A stretch of DNA of 64,000 bases from Rhina ancylostomus (taxonomy: Eukaryota), in contig JARFYF010000057.1 of NCBI GenBank assembly GCA_030265395.1, positions 20,452,973 through 20,516,972 of the forward strand, read 5' to 3'. The notes beneath the pieces were generated by a model. The model saw nothing but the letters and a program-made list of their open reading frames with translations. It had not been told where the DNA came from and ran no database searches. A program made the translations under genes and the position numbers. Shown here piece after piece: positions 24,801 through 37,200 of this stretch; the stretch's first letter is position 1, and each line of letters starts with the position of its first letter.

Positions 24801-26533
24801 GTAAGCATGCTAAATGAGATTGGAATTGTTGTTGTATAGTATAGAATTACAGATGGCTCTGAATGTCTTACAAAGCGCTACTTCATTCTTAGATATTCAT
24901 ACACTACCCAGAAATTGCCAAATAGCAGTTTGAAAGAATAAAATGATACATGACTAACTACATTTGTCCCTTGATAGGCATGCATCAATTCCACACAATA
25001 GAGCATACCATGCAGTACAGCAAATAAATAGATGAAAAATAGGCCTTAATAGTCCTGAGAGCAATAAATCCAGAAGTCTAAAATCTATACTGATGATGGA
25101 CAAGTAACACAGAACTCAGTGGAAATCCAAACTGTTAAATCAGTATAAACAAAGCTTGAATAATATCAACAATAGGAAAAAACTTGCATTTATGTATTTT
25201 AAACTTTTTGAAGCATTCCGCACAACTACTTGCTCTTTGAATTGCAGTTAATATTGTGTAGATACTTGACTATCATTCCAGGTCATCATCTTGCAAACAA
25301 CCATTAGATGAATGGCCAGATAAAATATGCCTTTGGGGGGGGGGGGCAGGGGGAGGAGAGTTGAAGATTTTGTATATATTATATGAAAAGGTAGCTGGCT
25401 GGGAGTGTGTTTAAAACTGTAACACACTCAGGTTTTGATTAATAGATCATCATACTGAATTGTTACTAACGTGTTGGAAAAAGTTTTTGTCTCTTTTTAT
25501 TGATCCTGTCTCTTTGCACCAACTGAAGCTGCATTCTTAATTTTTGAGTAACATTTGATTAAAGAAATGGGATTCAATAGCAAATAATGTATGCATAATT
25601 ATTCTTAAGTAGAGTGGTACAATGCCGCAGTGGTATCTACTTGGCCATATGAACCACTCATAGCTTTAGCTTAGTCTCCTTTTAATAGTACTACAGTCTT
25701 GTATGCTTTCTAATCTTTTTATTGCTGTAAGTAACACATTCTCAGCCATCTGTTATTTTATATAATGTATACACAACTCAAATTAAGAAACATAAAGTGC
25801 TCACATCTTGGAATAGCTTTAAACTAGTGATGGTGTCTCTTGGTTACACTGAATCACTGTTTAAGATAATTCTCTAAAATCAGTTTTGTTTGTTTTCCAC
25901 AAGTTTACAAATGTAACATGTTATAGTATTAGTCACGTAAAGGATTGATTTGCTTGCAAGGGTTAATGAGTAACTTGGTCTTTTGTTGATCATTGCTCTG
26001 ATTAGTTCTTTGCTTCACTCCTATTCTTTTTTTCAGGGAAAAAGAAAACTGGTTTTATTTTGTAAATATTCAAATTAGTGTATCTCTTATCATAATAACC
26101 ATGAGATTTCCATTTGGAATTTACCAGTTCTCCTTTGTATCAAGCTTAACGTACTTGTAGATCTGCAGTACTTTTATCGGTAAATCTATGATTTGCAGGA
26201 ATAGAAAGGTTCTCTTAACTTTCTTGCCATGATTTGAAAAATGTTGTTAAGAATTTGGTTCCATCTCTTAATGGGGAATGGGTAAAGTAGTGGGGAGTAT
26301 GTATGTGCCTGTATACTGCCTTTTTGTATTCTGTATTTTTATGGAGCACAGCATGCTTCTCCAATATGCTTTTCCCATTTCTATTACAGTATGTCATAGT
26401 CCAACAAAATTAACTTGCTCTTCTGCTGCTTCTCTGCAATATGGCAAAACATCAAAATGTATGTATTCCATGAAATGAAAACTTATGAGGACATAATGTG
26501 CTTAAATAATCCACTTTTGTTTTGCCCCTCCAG

Positions 26534-26713
26534 AATTATTTCTGGCAACCTTGTTATCAAGAAGCATATCAATGCATGCTCTGGAACTAAAAATTATATT
26601 CTATCTCTTGAGCATGTGGAAGCTCAAATGTCACTGAGCTATACTCGAAGAGGTGATCTGAGGATTTCTCTCATTAGTCCTAGCGGGACACGTTCCAATC
26701 TGGTTGATGTAAG
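26534..26713 (+). CDS. PCSK4: PCSK4 exon 12 (P domain, RRGDL)
   Basis: IISGNLVIKKHINACSGTKNYILSLEHVEAQMSLSYTRRGDLRISLISPSGTRSNLVDV(R). Confidence 0.93.
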
Positions 26714-27321
26714 GTAGGTAGGTCTATGTGTTGTTGATTTGATGGTCTATATTTGAACAAATGATCCAGAATGAATTACATAATCTCTAGTCACTAATTT
26801 TTCTGGAGAACTTGCAATTGTCTGTTAACTTTTGGAGCTTTTTCATGCAGTGCTTTTGTTTTGATAACTTAGTTACAGCTGAGTTCTGAGTTGTATCTAT
26901 GATAGAACTGTTAGTTTAAAACCCCAGTGCTTCAACTGTTGTTCTCTATTTAGCATTGGGAAAGGATGGATTCACAAGATAAAATTGACCAAGTTTCTAA
27001 CCTCGAATGCAGTGTGAGGTTGGGAATAAGACTTCAAATGCTTTCTTAACCTTGGGTCCAATAATGAAAAGGTTATTTCTGATGTCTATTGTTGTGTTTA
27101 TTTAGAAGCAAACACATAGAGGAAGAAATCAATAAGATATTTTCCCAAAAGATCAACTGCCATATGATGTTTAATAATATCAACAGTATAAGAATAACTG
27201 CTTGTATTTTACTTACTACCTGTTGCAGAAAGTGGGGCTAATCTCTTGCCAATGTTCTATTACTATGAATTCCACCACAAGTGAGGTGGGCACACACTTT
27301 GCTTTGTTTTTTATTCTCAAG

Positions 27322-27446
27322 ACCATATGATACATCACCCCACGGGTATAGAGACTGGACCTTCATGACTACACACTGCTGGGATGAAGATCCTAAAGGA
27401 GTTTGGACTCTTGAGATTGAAAACAAAGGAAGTTCCAGAAACACTG
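27322..27446 (+). CDS. PCSK4: PCSK4 exon 13 (P domain)
   Basis: PYDTSPHGYRDWTFMTTHCWDEDPKGVWTLEIENKGSSRNT; AAG/GTAAT boundaries. Confidence 0.93.
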
Positions 27447-28179
27447 GTAATAGTTAACTTAGTATTGTAATGCATTCTTTGGTGTATCTTGTGCTTAGTG
27501 CATACTGCAGTACGGCTTGAAACGTGTTTTGTTTATCAAGTGCATTGACTTTCATTCTTCGTACTAGATTACAACCAATCACAGCTTTTCAAACAAAAAG
27601 GGGAATAAAGTGAAGAACCCAATTTCAAACGCATAGAAAGCCTACATTTTGAAAATAGAAAGTCAAAACTTGCATTGTGTAGTGTTTTTTGGGGGGGTAG
27701 CTTGAGTCCTTTGCAGTGCAGTTGCTTTGTTTTTGGTGATTTGAATGTATCAACATTTCCCACAAACACAGTGAGAGAAATGGTAGTGTTGCCCCAGACA
27801 CAAACTTCAGTTTTTTTAGTACTGTTTACTGTTGGGACTTGAGAGCTCTATTTAATGGTTACAATGAAAAACATTGCAACACTGTTCTCAGTACAATATC
27901 AGCATCGATATGTGCTTGAACAGTGAAGTTGGCTTTATCCTATTACATCTGGATTTAAAAGCTAAGCATAGTACTCCTAAGTCAAACTAACTGCGAGCAC
28001 TTTGTTACTGGCTCTCTGAAACTCTGAAGGCAAAGTCATGTTTTCTGTATTATATGCCATCCTGTGGAAAATGAGGTAAGGTGGCCATTTCTTTTAATAT
28101 TTAAGTAACTTTGGAACTTTGTATGATTCCAGTGAGGAGATAAGAGATGTTACCAAATTCTGTGACTAGATCTTTTGAC

Positions 28180-28625
28180 CCAACGGTTCAGCTAGTAGAG
28201 CCACTGCCTCACAGCACCAAGGACCCAAGTTCAATCCTGACTTTGGGTGCTGTCTGGTGTTTGCATAGTTTTCCTGTAACCATGTGTGCTTCCCTCCAAG
28301 TGTTCTGGTTTCCTTCCACATCTCAAAGACGTAGAGGTTGGTATGTTAATTAGCCACTGCAAATTTCCCGTAGTGTGTAAGGGTGTTTATAGAATCTTGG
28401 GGCAATTGAAGAAAATGTAGGGAGAATAAAAAAGGGATNNNNNNNNNNNNNNNNNNNNNNNNNNNNNNNNNNNNNNNNNNNNNNNNNNNNNNNNNNNNNN
28501 NNNNNNNNNNNNNNNNNNNNNNNNNNNNNNNNNNNNNNATGCAAGGTTAGTGTAAGTGGGTGGTAGTTTATCAGTGCAGACCTGGTGGGCCAAAGGTCCT
28601 GTTTCTGCACTGTATCTTTCTATTA
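28180..28625 (+). mobile_element. V-SINE/HE1-like SINE
   Basis: tRNA-like head (GCTAGTAGAG..GCCTCACAGCACC..GGACCCAAGTTCAATCC), V-domain-like core (GGTTTCCTTCCACATCTCAAAGACG) and CR1-derived tail. Confidence 0.75.
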
Positions 28626-29016
28626 TGCTAAAGTATTTCCAAACTAATAGATTGTAAGACAACTGAAAAGGGGAACTTGACCTATTATTTGAAACTGATG
28701 CTATCAGATTCATTCTTGATTTTTCTTTACACCAGAAATGACAGCCTCCTACATCTGTTTGCGTGTCATTAAAATGCATAGGGTGGCTGTGGCAATACCT
28801 GCCTTGTTATTGCAATTACCTGAGGCAGACAAGGCCACTTTCAGAATATTTCTCCATATTTGTAGTGCCCAGATCAAAATAATTGAAATTACTTAAGTGT
28901 GCCCAATGTTTTAAATATCTTTAATTAACTTGAAATCTAACATTATGTGCAATGAGCCATAACTACTGGAAGGTATAATGGAAAAGAATAGATTACCTAA
29001 AATTTATCTCCTGCAG

Positions 29017-29136
29017 GAGTTTTGTCTTATTTTAAGCTGCATTTGTATGGTACTGATGAAGACATGATGGCAAGAAACATGAAAGACGCAGTAATAAGTG
29101 ATTGTGTGAAATGGAATGAAGATGGACTCTGTCAAG
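29017..29136 (+). CDS. PCSK4: PCSK4 exon 14
   Basis: VLSYFKLHLYGTDEDMMARNMKDAVISDCVKWNEDGLCQ; CAG/GTATG boundaries. Confidence 0.9.
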
Positions 29137-30591
29137 GTATGCAAAATATTTTTCAAGTAACTGGCAATGTTCTAGAAATGTGACCATTGATATTAGATCT
29201 GCATACTATTGACAAAGATTATGATAACTCAGTGGCAAACACATTAGGTATGCTCTTCAAGCTATTCTTGTACAGCTGACTCACTTTCACTTTGCTCGGA
29301 CCATTTTTAAATTGCATTTAAACTAACTCCAATTATTCATGGACACTTGACTTTCTGTAGTTGTCCCTTTTTGTGATCAGGAAATTAGCTTTACTGCCTA
29401 AATTAGTTATTTGATAGCATGCCACAGGGTTTTAACAATGAATCCCCTCNNNNNNNNNNATTGATTACTGGAGTTCTTGCAGCCCACCACATTATTTTAT
29501 CCAAACTGTCAAATGACAAAATGACCCTTAGTAAAATGAGGTCACATGTAACTCTGTAAGGTGATTGCTTTTGTAATCCATAAGGAAACAATAAAATGTA
29601 ATAAATCTCAAACATGTAATTCCTCGACAAGTAAAATTTGTAAAGATAACTGGCACACTACTCCTTTGTGATTAAATGCTCTCTTCTCATCACTAAAGCT
29701 GTTTTGGTTCTGAACGTAAACTAACCCTAGATTAGTACCATTTCTATTTACCAGCCTTTCACTGCAGTCTCAGACCACTGTCCTTTGATTATCTAGATAG
29801 ACAGGAAGTCAAGAGCTTGATCATGACCCTATTTCCACTTCATCTGGCTGCTTCCCTCCTGGGTGAGTGTTCCCAGTAAAAGTCTTCTGCTGTCTGGATT
29901 AAATGGAACTATCCCAACCCAATGGATAATGTTAACAGAAACATTTGAGTTACATTAAGTTGATGTGTTACATGGGAGAAGGCTGCAGCTTTGTCTAGAT
30001 CCAAGATGGAGTTGAGCTAAGTTAACTTGATAGTTTTTCCAATATAAATGAGACAAATTCTCCCCATGACTAATGCTTGTGGTTAGAGAGAGAATAGTTA
30101 AAATTCTTTCTGAAAGGCTTTTCTTAATCCAAAAAGACCTACTTAATGTATAGATACAAGGTTATAGTCAGGTTTAAACAGTGAAAGTTTTACATTGTTG
30201 AATAGGTCTGATATTCACATGAAGGAATTTGAATTAAATAACAAAAACCCTTCTGCTTCACAAACCACAGAATTGGCATGACTTGTCTTTTTGGAGTATT
30301 GGGATAGGGAATCTGAAAAATATAAGGGTGGCAGGTGAATAAAATGATTTATCTTGACAACATTGTCCTGTTTTACAAGATTAAGAATTGAACAATATGA
30401 AGATTCTTAACCTAAAACATGATCATTAGATTTAAGACCTCATAACTCTCAAAATGGGGTGGGTGCTTTTGATTAATACTTAGCAATGCCATAATTTCTT
30501 TGAGTAAACCAATTGCTTTATGTTATCATTAAAGAAAATCTGCAGGCACCTGAAAATGCAGAAGATTTTTTAACTTGTATTTTTTTTACAG

Positions 30592-31130
30592 AATGCCATG
30601 GTGCTTTTGTCATTTTTGGGCACCTTTGCCTCAGATACTGTCCTCCACGATATTACAGTGTTTCAAGGACTTTAAATAAAACAGTGAATGGTGTTTACGA
30701 AAGTTTTACAGTGTTGGCCTGTGATCCTTGCCATTCATCTTGTTACTCTTGCAATGGCAGTTCTCTAAATGACTGTGTGACGTGTCCTCCATTTTCTAAT
30801 TATGATGAACATCAACATTATTGTTCACCTCCAATTTACCCAAGGCGTTCTAATATGAATGAAAAGGAAGAACAACAGCATGGACTTTACAAAATTGCTG
30901 TGATGGTTGCAGTCCTCATTGGTGCGCCTGTTGCCTTGATGTGTGGTGTAATGTCATTGTCATGGTTAATATGTCGTTTGAGTATTGGGCAAGCTTTCAT
31001 TGTAACTACTTCGCCAACTGGAGCCACAGAAACAATGCAACTACAAGTACATCGTGACACTACAGATGAGGGAACTGGAAGTAGTGAGACAGAATCCACT
31101 TACTTTCTTGCACAGTTGGGTCAACAATAA
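30592..31130 (+). CDS. PCSK4: PCSK4 exon 15 (furin-like Cys-rich repeat, TM helix, cytosolic tail, stop)
   Basis: ECHGAF...CLRYCPP...CDPCHSSCYSCNGSSLNDCVTC; hydrophobic IAVMVAVLIGAPVALMCGVMSLSWLIC; TAA at 31128-31130. Confidence 0.9.
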
Positions 31131-31732
31131 ACTCATTAAAAAAAAATCTAAATAACATTTAGTGGTCTTTATTTCATTGAACTACAAAATTAGTCGACTG
31201 ACCATTCACCCGGAATAATATACACTATTCAAAAATTAGTTTGGTCGAAGTATGGTTTCCAATGCAGTTGCAGAAATTGTTTGATTTGTGTCTGGACATT
31301 TCCATCAGCAATGTGCTTAAGTTCAAACCAGTGCCAAGGGAGAAAAGCAAAACTTAGCTGATGTGCAGCTTTCCATTGCAGCAAAGGATTCTTGCGTTAT
31401 TTAATCAGGGTTACAACGCTAATGCCTTGTGTTCAGAAAATTTCTCTACATTGGAGAAACCAAACTGATTGGGTGACTGCTTTGTGGCGTACCTGTGTTT
31501 AGCCTGCAGCGGCAATCCTCAGTTGCTTACTGCCTTCTACTTTAATTCTCCACCCTACTTCCACTTTGACCCATCTGTGGCCTCCTGCAGTGTTTATAAC
31601 AAAGCTTATCAAATGTTAGAACTATAGGTAACTTGCTTTCTTTTTTTGAATTGGAACTGGCCACTTTGGAGGTCATCCTTTTATCTCTCTCTGTTCACAC
31701 AATATGACCTGCTGGGCATTTCCTACACCTCA

Positions 31733-33335
31733 ATATACCCCCAGGTTATTGAGAGCTGCAAGAGATGAGAATGCTGGGGCCTTGACCAAGATCTTTGCGT
31801 CTTCTCTAGCCACAGGCGAGGTCCCAGAGGACTGGCAAGTAGCTAGTGTTACTTCTTTGTTCAAGAAGAGAAATTATAGGCCAGAGATTCATGTCATTGA
31901 TAGGGAAGTGATTTGGAGAGGATTCTTAGGGATAGGATTTGTGAGTATTTGGAAGAGCATAGCCTTATTAGGGACAGTCAGCATAGCTTTGGGCAGGGCA
32001 AGTCATNNNNNNNNNNNNNNNNNNNNNNNNNNNNNNNNNNNNNNNNNNNNNNNNNNNNNNNNNNNNNNNNNNNNNNNNNNNNNNNNNNNNNNNNNNNNNN
32101 NNNNNNATAGCCTAATTAGGGACAGTCAGCATAGCTTTGGGCAGGGCAAGTCATGTCTTACTAACTTGAGAGAGTTTATTGAGGAGGTGACCAAGGTGAT
32201 TTTGATGAGGGTAGAGCAATGGATATTGCCGACATGGATTTTAGTAAGACATTTGATGAGGTTCTTCATGGTAGGCTTATCCAGAAGATAAGATGGATGG
32301 GATGTCAATGCCTTGGCTGTTTGCATTCAGAGTTGGCTTGCCCATAAGAGTAGTTGATGGGTCCTATTCTGGCTTGAGGTCTGTGACTGGTAGTGTTTCA
32401 CAGGGATCTGTGCTGAGACCTCTGCTGTTTGTGATTATAAATAAATGACTTGGGTAATAACGTGGATGGGTGAGTTAGTAAGTCTCCCGCTGACACAAAG
32501 ATTGGTGGTGTTTTGGATAATGTAGAAGTTGCCAAATGATACAGCAAAATGTAGATCAGTTGCAGATGTGGGTGGAGAAATGGTAGATGGAGCTTAATCT
32601 AGGTGTTGTACTTTAGGAGATCAAATGTAAAGGGAAAGTACACCATTAATTGCAGGGCTCTTAACAGCATTGATGTACAGAGGGATCTTGGGTCCAAATC
32701 CATAGCTCCTTGAAAGTGGCTGCACAAGTTAATAGGGTGGTAAAGAAGATGCATGGCATTCTTTCCCTCATTAGTCAAGGCACTGAGTTAAAAGTCAGGA
32801 AATTATGTTGCAGTATTACAAAACCCTGGTTAAATCACATCTGGAGTATTGCATTCATTCTGGTTGCCCCATTGTAGGAAGGATGTTGCGGTGATGGAGA
32901 GGGTTCAGAGGTTTGCCATGATGCTGCCTGGATTGGAGGGCATATGCTATAAGGAGCAGTGGAGGCTGAGGGAAGATCTGATAGAAGTTTATAAAATTAT
33001 AAGAGGCATAGATAAACAGCTGGTATCTTTTCCCCAGGGTTAAAATGTTTAATACCAGAGGGCATGCATTTAGGGCGAGAGAGGGAACATTGAAAGGAGA
33101 TGTGTGGGGTATTTTACTTGGAGAGTGATGGGTGCTTGGAATATGCTACCAGAGGTGGTGGTAGAGGCAGAAATGATAGAGGTGTTTAACAGGCTCTTAA
33201 ATAGGCACATGAATATGCAGAGAATGGAGGGGTATGGACCATGTGCAGGCAAAGGGAATTAGGTGACATCAGCTTAGTTTGGCATGACATCATGTGTGGA
33301 AGTTCCTTTTCCTGTGCTGTGCTGTTCTGTGTTCT
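31733..33335 (+). mobile_element. 5'-truncated, decayed CR1-type LINE (reverse transcriptase region and 3' end)
   Basis: IFASSLATGEVPEDWQVASVT; IRDSQHSFGQGKSCLTNL; QGSVL; YADD-like region; CR1 tail; many stops and frameshifts. Confidence 0.92.
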
Positions 33336-33427
33336 TTGCATTTTGCAGCTTGTACTTGATGTTTATGCCCACCCTATAACTGCCCTCATTTCATAGCTTC
33401 ATGTTTATTCTCTTGATTGTCAATACG

Positions 33428-33905
33428 AATATCCTAGGACGTGGGAAGGAATTGCAGTACCTCTGGCAGAGATATTTGCATCATCTTTAGCCATGGGTGA
33501 GGTACCAGAAGACCAGAGGATGGCAAATGTTATGCCTTTATTTAAGGGCTGCTGGGAAAAGCCAGGGAACTGCAGGCCGATGAGCTTGGCATCAGTGGTG
33601 GGAAAATTACAGGGGAAAATTCCGAGGGGCCGGTTCTGCCAGCATTTGGAAAGGCAGGAACTGATGAGGGATAACCAGCATGGCTTTGTGCTTGGGAAAT
33701 CCTGCCTCACAAATATGATTGAGGTTTTTTTAAGAGGTACCACAAGAAGATTGACAAGGACAGGACAATAGATGTTGTCTATGTGGACTTTAGCAAGGCC
33801 ATTGCCAAGGTCCTGCATGGTAAGCTAGTCTGGAAGGTTAGATCACATGGTATCCAGGGTGATCCAGCCAATTGGATACAAAATTGGCTTGGTGGAAGGA
33901 GACAG
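33428..33905 (+). mobile_element. Second CR1-type RT fragment
   Basis: GEVPEDQRMANVMPLFKG...NQHGFVLGKSCLTN...MDFSKA...HGIQG...WIQNWL. Confidence 0.9.
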
Positions 33906-36744
33906 TATTGGATAAATAGCATTGGAATTGTACTGATTTTCTTGTTCCCATATAATATTCTTAAAGAGGCATTGCTGTCTGAACAAATGAGAAGCCTCCA
34001 GACAGTAAACAGCTAGCACGGTCAGGACTGAAATAGAGACACAAGAAACTGCAGATGCTGGAATCTGGAGTGAAAAATGAGCAGCGAAAATCAGATGAGG
34101 GGTCTTGACCTGAAATGTGGACTGTCCATTTTCCTCCAAATATGCTGCCTGAATCACTTTCCTCCAGCAGTTTTTTTTTGCTCCACCACTGAAATCTTTC
34201 TCACCCTCAGCCCAGCAGTGAATCTGTGAGGCATCAATTCCATTTCAGCAGATGCTATATTAAAATAATGCATTTAAAGCAGTAATAAAATTGCCATGAA
34301 TAATTTGAAAATTTGTTCTTCATGTGAAATATTTAGTTTTAGGAGGGACCATAATCCTGAGTAGTTACTTCCCTGTAGTCTACCCTGACTATCTATCATA
34401 AATAAGGGACAAAGAGTATTGCAATTATGCACTCTGATTAAAACCCATGAAAAAAATATGGGTTTTTAATCAACTGATCCTCTGCTACATTTCTGCTTTG
34501 GTAACAATTGAGAAGATTTTCAAAGGCAGGGTGCAGCATCAGTGAGTTGAATAAAAGATTCTAAGTTAGAAATTCTGTTGCGCATCCCTGTAAGAGTTAA
34601 TTGCAACAGATTGACAAGTTTGATATACGTTCTGTTCTGTTAGTAGCATTAATATGACAAAAGGATCAACTTGGGCAGTACATTGGTAAATAAATGTGTA
34701 CATTTTGTAGCAAACTTTCACTTGTGAACAACAGATCAGCTGTTTTATTCAAGGTAATTTGGAAAAAAATACAATGTCATAGTCCAGAAAGGTTGTTAGT
34801 GTAAGCCACAAAAGCTGCAAAGTTATTTATAACCTGAAGAGCCAGAACACATTTGCATACTTCACTGACTTTTCAAGGACAACAGATGGTTCATATTAAA
34901 CACAGACCACTACCCCCACTCTTACTGTATCTCTGCTAGCAACCCACTAGTTTATTTAACTACAAATCCAAAACTTCATTATCCAGCTAGTTAACCTGTA
35001 GTGTTCTTACTCATTTAATCTCAGCAATTAGCCCTATAGTTTTAAAAATATGCTTGCTTTACATAAGTCCTGCTACTTTTTGAAGCCAGTTCAGTCACTG
35101 GTAGTCATTGCACCTTAAATTATTAGAAAATACCATTATGTATATCCTGCATATTGTAATTATGACAATATACCTTCATTTCTGTTTTGGAACAAGATTT
35201 GTTTCAGATGCATGTATAAAATTATATGACACTATTGTGAAGTAACACAAGAGTTTATTTGAAGATCCTACTCAGCAATTATCCATTAAGCAACATTAAA
35301 ATTAGTGATCAGGCTGTTTATTTCACTGCTGTTTGTAGGACCTTCTGCATCACAACTGTTATATGCTGAGTGTTACTGTGGGACTTTGTAGCAGTTCAGA
35401 GCAAGCGCTCTTGCAAACCAATGTTATATACTTAAGGACTCAACTCTAACAGTGAAGTCTCTCAAAATTTGGGGGCAAAGAAGAGTTTTATTTTGCAAAT
35501 ATAGTTAAAATTGCCTAGAGTTATAAGTTAGATGGGAAATTGCAGATTGATTAATGGCAATAATTATTGAGCCTTCTAACATCACCATAGCTACTTTTAT
35601 CTGAGTTAGATTAAGCAATAAAGTTAAATTTAAAGTCCCAAGCAAATGCAGAAAGAATAGAGCAAAATAAGACAGAAGACAGGTTTATGTTTTGGAGGTG
35701 CATGGTAAATAATTTTTCTTCATTCAGCTGTTCCTTTTTCTCCAGATTTCCCTTTGTTTTGAAGTGGTTATTTCATTGTTAGATTGAAGCCNNNNNNNNN
35801 NCTGGACAACTTAAAATTGAGCTCCTAACATAAGGAAGTGCTAGAGGGTAAATTTCAACCTGGACCCGGTGTTGCCGGTGGGACCCAGCACATTTAGGAA
35901 ACTGGCAGTCAATATGGTGTAAATTTCTTGTGTATGGTGACAGCACGAGGACCAATCAGCAATGTGGGGGCAATTCACAAGCCGCTATTGTGAATATCCG
36001 AAGAGCCAGAGATTCAACCTTTCAATTCTTTGGATATTTAAATACAAAACCAGATGCTTTTTTTTCATTGAGTCAGGACCTGTCTGAGTATGATAAATTA
36101 GCAAGATTAATATAACTTGAGGCAGTATAAAATGTATCCCTTTAACCTTGCAGGCTGCAGCCTTTAGTTCTGGAGGAAGTGCATTCCAGATGGCATTAGA
36201 TTTGAATTCTATTTGTAAGGCTGCTTTTGAATCTAATGTATTATTAAAATGAAGACAATTTTAGGCTGTGTAACTTCCTCAGGCTCTTCCATATCACATT
36301 TTTAAGGCAAGTTCTCAGGATAGAGTTTCTCACCAAATATCCCTTAGTGACAACACCCAGCTAACAGCAGTTACTGATACAATATATCAGAAGACGGCAT
36401 GAACCTGATGTGTTAAATGGCCACCTTCTTTATTGTTATACGTATAAGTCGTACCCTGTCACATGACACACATTCATTGAGTATGTCTCCAAGAGTTGTA
36501 TGTTGCAGACTGGTGCAATCTGGGCTGCTTTTGTACCTAAACATAGTTTCTGCAGCAGTTTTGATGGAGCAACAACCTTGGAGCAAGGACATGACTGAGA
36601 AAACGTCTTAATATTAGACTTTTGGTGAATAATCCTGTGGTGAAATAGAGCAGTAAGTATACAACACAGCACAATTTGGGAATGCAGTTTCATCACTACA
36701 TATTCATTATTATATGTAAGCCTTACAGAATAAGGGAACATGCA

Positions 36745-37200
36745 CATCTATAGCCTCTTGCAGCTCCAGGACATCCTAAAATGCTTTGCAGCCAATGAAA
36801 GATTTTTTTTAAGTGTGCCACTGTTATAGTTGTGGGAGATGTGGCACCCATCATTTGTACAGCAAGGTCCCAGAGATAGCAGTGACCAGACAAACTGTTT
36901 TTGTGATGTTTGCTGGGGGATCAATATTGCCCAGGATACTAGGAGAAATTCCATTGCTCTTTTTCATTATTACTGCATGAAAATATTTTACATAACCTGA
37001 GGAAGAAAATTTATTGGTTTAATTTCTCATCCACAAGACAGCAACCCTTCAGAGATGATGAGGATCAGCAGGGAATCTCTAATTGCAATTTTCTCTCAAT
37101 AACCCAGTGGAATATTAGGTTAGATTTTCTCCAAGGCTGTGGAACAGGATTTGAACACATAACCTTCTAATTGAGAGGCAAGAGTGTTACCCAAGAGAGC
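36745..37200 (-). mobile_element. DeuSINE-like (SacSINE1/AmnSINE1-type) SINE
   Basis: Reverse strand resembles the Deu core (GGATGAG..TTAAACC...CCTGGGCAATATTGATCCC...TGGGACCTTGCTGT...CATTGGCTGCAAAGCATTTTAGGATGTCC); homologous copies at 58570-58830, 59390-59760 and 60900-61135. Confidence 0.6.

Larger units (their letters stand above)
9339..31130 (+). other. PCSK4: PCSK4-like proprotein convertase gene, 15 coding exons, 779 aa (signal peptide, prodomain, S8 catalytic domain, P domain, Cys-rich region, TM, tail)
   Basis: Exons join in frame: 177+105+93+129+77+86+173+213+101+104+118+180+125+120+539 = 2340 nt, all GT-AG. Catalytic D154/H195/S368 and oxyanion N295 present. PC4-type motifs: [41 protein letters not shown], YGTxEDM. 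Linked to REEP6. Confidence 0.88.

Noticed and set aside
9339-31130. Calling the convertase FURIN
   Set aside because: Exon 2 and 3 lengths, PC4-type motifs, a short tail without the furin YKGL/SDSEEDE signals, and REEP6 linkage all favour PCSK4.
31959-32155. Apparent 47-bp tandem duplication inside the CR1 RT; similarly 42894-43030
   Set aside because: The near-identical copies sit on either side of 100-N gaps, so they are overlapping contig ends.
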